Positions 8,515 to 14,979 of a DNA stretch of 14,979 nt are shown here, in pieces. Position numbers and translations under genes: made by a program. Under the pieces are notes generated by a model that ran no database searches, was not told where the DNA came from, and worked only from the letters and a program-made list of their open reading frames with translations. Numbering within the stretch: position 1 is the stretch's first letter; each line of letters starts with the position of its first letter. The DNA is taken from assembly GCF_006345805.1 (NCBI RefSeq), contig NW_021825554.1, positions 1 to 14,979 on the forward strand, written 5' to 3'. This stretch comes from Octopus sinensis (taxonomy: Eukaryota).

Positions 8515-9643
8515 ATGTCTGTTACCAAAATCGAACTGCCTATGCAAGAAACTCAAAAAGATCACAAATATCTCAAATACATGAGCATAATTTTGCTGGT
8601 GATACAATCAAGCTCAACAGCACTTGTAATGCGATACGTCCGCACTCGCGAAGGGAAAATATTCGATTCTGCCACGGCCGTAGTATGTACAGAAGTCCTA
8701 AAAGTACCTAAAAAGTGTCTTATTCTCAGACATTGATATGTATGTGTGTCATTGCCCACCAAAACGGAGGACTTTTCGGACTTTTATACGACCTCCAATA
8801 TCATATAATCACTAAATACCAAGATATGCTAAAAATGGCGATTCCCTCACTCTGTTACGTAGTACAGAATAATTTGGTATATGTAGCTGTTTCCAATCTT
8901 GATGTTGCTGTTTTTCAGGTTTTGGTGTTTGTTTTTTAATCCTCAGACTTTGATGCAAATGAAAATAATAACGACTGCCTTTTTCGCAGTGATTATGCTT
9001 AAGAAGAAGTTGTCACGTTATCAAATCATTTCTCTTCTCATTCTAACATGTGGCTGCATTTTTGTCAACGTCCAGGTACACTTTTTATTACATTATGTAG
9101 TCGAGCTCTGAGAAAGTGAATAGAACTCAGATGCTGTCTTATGGACTCACTAGTATATCTATTGCCGTTATTCTATCCGGATTTTCTGGGGTCTTTACAG
9201 AAATGATGTTAAAACAGTCCAATCCGTCGCTTTGGTCAAGAAATATTCAGGTTTTATTTTTTGATGTTTTGTTAGATGGGACTGTATGGAACCATTGGAG
9301 GGCTTTTTACGATTTTGGCTAAACCTGACGGGGCTCAAGTTTTTCAATTCGGTTTTTTCCAAGGGTACACTCCTTATGTTTGGTTAGAGTCTGATTGTAG
9401 TTCATGTTTAGGTTAGTAATAATTCTACAGGCAGTGGGTGGACTTTTGGTGGCTTCAGTAATGAAATATGCGGACAATATTTTGAAAGGGTTTGCGGCCG
9501 CGTGTGCCATCATATTTTCAACTTTTGGGTCTATTTTCCTCTTTGATTTTACCCCGGATTATTTGTTTTTTGCCGGAATTATACTCGTTGGTCTCTCGAC
9601 GGTTATTTATGCCAAATATCCGTATAAGCAACCTACTAAATGA
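8515..9643 (+). CDS. Nucleotide-sugar transporter, SLC35A family (UDP-Gal/UDP-GlcNAc transporter-like), about 331 aa, 6 exons, intact
   Basis: Exons 8515-8703, 8730-8918, 8947-9075, 9101-9250, 9276-9382 and 9412-9643 (996 nt) splice into one open frame. Family motifs: TAVVCTEVLK, IPSLCYVVQNNLVYVAVSNLDVAVFQ, QMKIITTAFF, SGFSGVFTEMMLK, LWSRNIQM, GGLLVASVMKYADNILKGF. The A2 versus A3 paralogue is not resolved, and the start codon could be 8542. Confidence 0.93.
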
Positions 9644-10688
9644 TTATTCTTTTTTGGTTTTATTTATTGTTCCTGATTGTTTCGTTATTTGAACTATTCT
9701 TTGTGTTATTCTTAGTTGGAGTCTAATGATTCTAAAAATTCGAAAATCAGCCAGGAATATTATCTTGGTTTATTAGACATGATGAGTCAAATGATCTGCT
9801 TTAAGTTTCCTGTCAGAAGGACCTAGAAGATAGAACTGGGACAATAAGTTTTTAATAAAAATAGTTCCAAGAATTCCAATCTTCTAGTCATCTTCCGTAT
9901 AACTTTGTCAATCCTTAGAGTGTCTTATTCTAAAAACATTTAAATTAAAATTTTTAATTGACTTAAAAAACAAATAGTTGCACATCAGTCAGTTTTCTCA
10001 CAATTTGTAGAACCTATTATAGAAATTATAGAGAATCGTTAATTCCATGGTTCCCGAAGGAATTTTTCTTGATAATGAATAAGCTAGTTCGTGTATCCCT
10101 TTTTCAGATTTTTTCTTGAAATTAACTAACTGCAGATCTTTAAAATCGATTTAGCTTTTTTCGCCGCAACTCCACTGATCTGAAATTCTAGTATGACAAA
10201 CTCCATACTGAAGGAAGACGGAGTATTTTGCATGTTTGTTTAGTTCGCCAAAGAGCAGGCATATATAGATTTAAGGAGAACTGAATCATCCTATTTATGC
10301 ATTTTTAATTATGTTTATCAGCTTAAATGGGTTCTAGAATCGACGGGGCGCCGACTAAAGGAAGAGCCCTGTTGATATTGTTTTGAAGTGTCAAATTATT
10401 GAACATAACATTCTATAAACAAATTGTATTTAAATCTAAATGCACAAATGCGTCATAAAATTATAAACTGTTTATAATAAAAAGAAAAATCCAATAAAAT
10501 TAACATAGATTTGAAAAGTATGATATTGATAAATAGCTATTTTTAGCAATCATATTTGTCGGAAATTAAAACACTTTTAATAATTCATAAATGCATGACT
10601 TGGAAATAATGCCATTCACGATACTATATTTTGTGTACTTTTTGATACTCAAAGTTAAAGAAATTAAAAGGTTAAAAAGGAGTAAATT

Positions 10689-11134
10689 CTATCCAAAAAC
10701 CCGTTCCTTAGCATACTCAATATAGACAAGATGATCATCTTCCACAAACTTGTCATAAATCTCTCCAATGGTGCAACTAATGTAATCTATTATTAGTAAC
10801 TGCAAGGAAGCTGGTTTGCCACCGACAGAAAGAAATATAGCCGAGTCTGACTGTAGTTTTAAACGATTCCTCACAAGACGACATATAGAATCCATAGTAA
10901 CAGTACGGCTAATTATAAATCTCCGTTTATCTAAGCATTCCAATTGTTCATTACTGTTTAAACGATCGATAACAACCTTATATAATTACTTAAGTAGAAT
11001 ACAGGGACTTTAGATGGATGAGATTCGAGTGCTTCTGTAGCTCTTGCCTTTCGATTTTCTACGAGAAGTAACAAATTAATGACAATACCAAAAGAATGTA
11101 TTTCTTTATATCTTCTTATATCATTAGTTTTCAT
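10689..11134 (-). CDS. ATG8: Divergent ATG8/LC3/GABARAP-family ubiquitin-like protein, intact, ends in Gly
   Basis: Introns 11059-11088, 10977-11002 and 10777-10800 give MKTNDIRRYKEIHSFENRKARATEALESHPSKVPVVIDR...LDKRRFII...RNRLKL...AIFLSV...TIGEIY...LVYIEYAKERVFG*. This matches the Atg8 pattern Y/FKxxHxFExR, PxKVPVIIE, LDKxKF, IRxRLxL, YxxExxFG. Confidence 0.9.
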
Positions 11135-11639
11135 AAATAAACCACAACTAATTTTATTGATTTAATATTTGATATGTTATTATTTCGTAAAGTATAAACA
11201 TTATTTTAAAAAATGTAGAAAAATTTTAGTCCCGATTAATTAATTAATTACCTACGAAATGTTTTTCGTTTAACTGAATGCTTCTACGATTATTTAATGA
11301 AATCATTTTGTTGAAGAAACACAGAATCTTTAAAAGCGCTGATGAAAACCTCACATATGAGCCTAAATAAAAAAGATACAAATCAGACATGATCGGATTT
11401 GTTTCCTTTAGAAAAATGGAGTTGTTATACACTTACTGATTTTTCAGGCAAGCTTATTCGCGACTTATTCATGATCAACGTTTAAGAGATCTGTGAAATT
11501 ATCTGAGGACTGTATTTTAGCATCTTTTTTTAATCCAATTTAAAGTATGACTCATATACGTACTGTAAATCTAGTTTAAGTAATCTTTTAGTAATTATTT
11601 TTTTCTTGAATTACAAGGCTAAAATTAACGAAAAAGATT

Positions 11640-12690
11640 CTTGACACTTCAAAACTTATGAATGATTGAGACAATAAATACGGGAGAGAGTTACGCAGGT
11701 TTAGTTAAAAAAACTGTTAAAAAAGTCGCTTGTATAATATTTTGAAGAATTTGTTAGGTCATTTTGTATGAATAGTTGCAGGGTATTTACAGAATGGATT
11801 TCGTCTGTGAAATGCATTAAGGTTTATTGTTCAGGCCCAACGTTCCCGAGTTGTTTGCAGTATAGGTAGAACAATTGCGATGCATAAACACTTTCACATG
11901 TGTTGAAATGCGCGTGTATCTTAGATATTTTGATTTTAATCTTTTGAATGGAAGAACCGAGAGCATTTTTCTTCGCTGAACATCTTTCCAGTCGTCAAGT
12001 AATGATCTGCATTTCTTCGTTCTTTTCTATTTCTTCTCTTTTGACATTTTTAAATCAAAAATCATTTAGGGCATGATTGCCGACTTTTCCGACTTTTTCG
12101 ATCTCAAAATATACTTCATCCGCGTATATCAGTGTTATGATTGAACTTGGCCTAATTTTTGCTCATAAGTTTGGGAGAGCAAATAACAAAAAGTATTGGG
12201 GATAAAGAGTCGCCTTATGAAGTACAATTATGTGTTTTGAATTTGCGAATTGCCAAACTTCTATTTTGGTTTTTCAGATAAGGCACGTATGTTTGTAAAG
12301 GTCCCAAATAAACTTAGTAGCTTATTCTGCGTACAGGATCGAACGTTTAGAGAAATCACTTCCTAGTATGTGAATAAACTTCTGGAATTTCCGCTCAAGA
12401 TACCTTTCAACAGCGACCTGGCAACATTTTCAATTTTTTAGTTATTGCTTGATTATCGCTCGATTTGAGAGTGGCTTCATAAAACCGCGAGTTCATGCGC
12501 ATGCACTTGAATTCACACCTACATAGGAAGATATTATTATTTAATGAAATTTCGGAGATGAATCTAAATCTGAAATAATCGGGACTGCTGGAGACATTCT
12601 CGATTCCAAAAGATCTTTTTCTGCTCTTTCCAGGACCATCAAAGACCTTTCAGGTACAGAGATCAAAGATCTTACTATTTTTGATTTCTA
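11640..12690. other. Stop-poor, coding-like relic of an unidentified gene; strand uncertain
   Basis: One minus frame runs about 350 codons with about 13 stops (roughly half of what this composition predicts), e.g. QVAVERYLERKFQKFIHILG and YADEVYFEIEKVGKVG. The mirror + frame is also stop-poor and has intron-like GT..AG stretches. No family recognised. Confidence 0.3.
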
Positions 12691-12981
12691 ATCAATCTGA
12701 AAATCAAAAAAGGCATTATTGAAATGCAACTCTGAAAAGGCCACGCTAGATTGTGTGTCTAATAGGATCTGTCTCTGGGGGCTTAATTAAGTTTTTTTCA
12801 AAAATTATTTTTGTTAGTTCTAAGCTTATTTTTCTGTTGCGATTTTCTTATGCATAAAAAAATTTATTTAAGACATGATTTGAATTCTTTAAACAGATTA
12901 ATATTATTTTAATTACAATTTAATGCAGAAATTAATTTGTTTATTTAACTAGAAATAAAATATGAAATATTACGAGCGAAA

Positions 12982-14979
<1,998 letters not shown>

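Noticed and set aside
675-9988. Exact 16-mer AATAGTTGCACATCAG at 675-690 and 9973-9988
   Set aside because: The flanks do not extend the match, and one such hit in 15 kb of AT-rich DNA is not clearly beyond chance.
9700-10380. Patchy coding-like peptides on the minus strand and a short GC-rich patch near 10340-10370
   Set aside because: There is no consistent frame, recognisable motif or convincing RNA fold.

Overview
This is eukaryotic nuclear DNA, AT-rich, with animal-like proteins, the standard genetic code and extremely short GT-AG introns. I reconstructed 34 introns by hand; 33 are 20-35 nt and one is 52 nt. A reduced parasitic animal such as a myxozoan is plausible but not provable from the sequence. 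The right half holds three intact, intron-dense genes: an SLC35A-type nucleotide-sugar transporter (+), a divergent ATG8/LC3-family gene (-) and the 5' part of cohesin SMC3 (+). The left half is broken. It carries a mitochondrial ribosomal protein S5 (MRPS5) gene and a WDR92/DNAAF10 gene, each keeping its introns but disrupted by about 6-8 small indels. It also carries a complete hAT/Buster DNA transposon with 14-bp TIRs and an 8-bp TSD, whose transposase has one frameshift, plus decayed integrase and reverse-transcriptase relics and a GC-rich foreign-looking island. The main leads are: (i) apparent loss of a mitoribosome gene and a dynein-assembly/PAQosome gene; (ii) an odd lesion spectrum, dominated by small deletions with no nonsense substitutions, which could be real decay, assembly error or transcript-level repair; (iii) a mini-intron system with eroded 5' splice sites. 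All homology calls come from my recognition of motifs, not from database searches.
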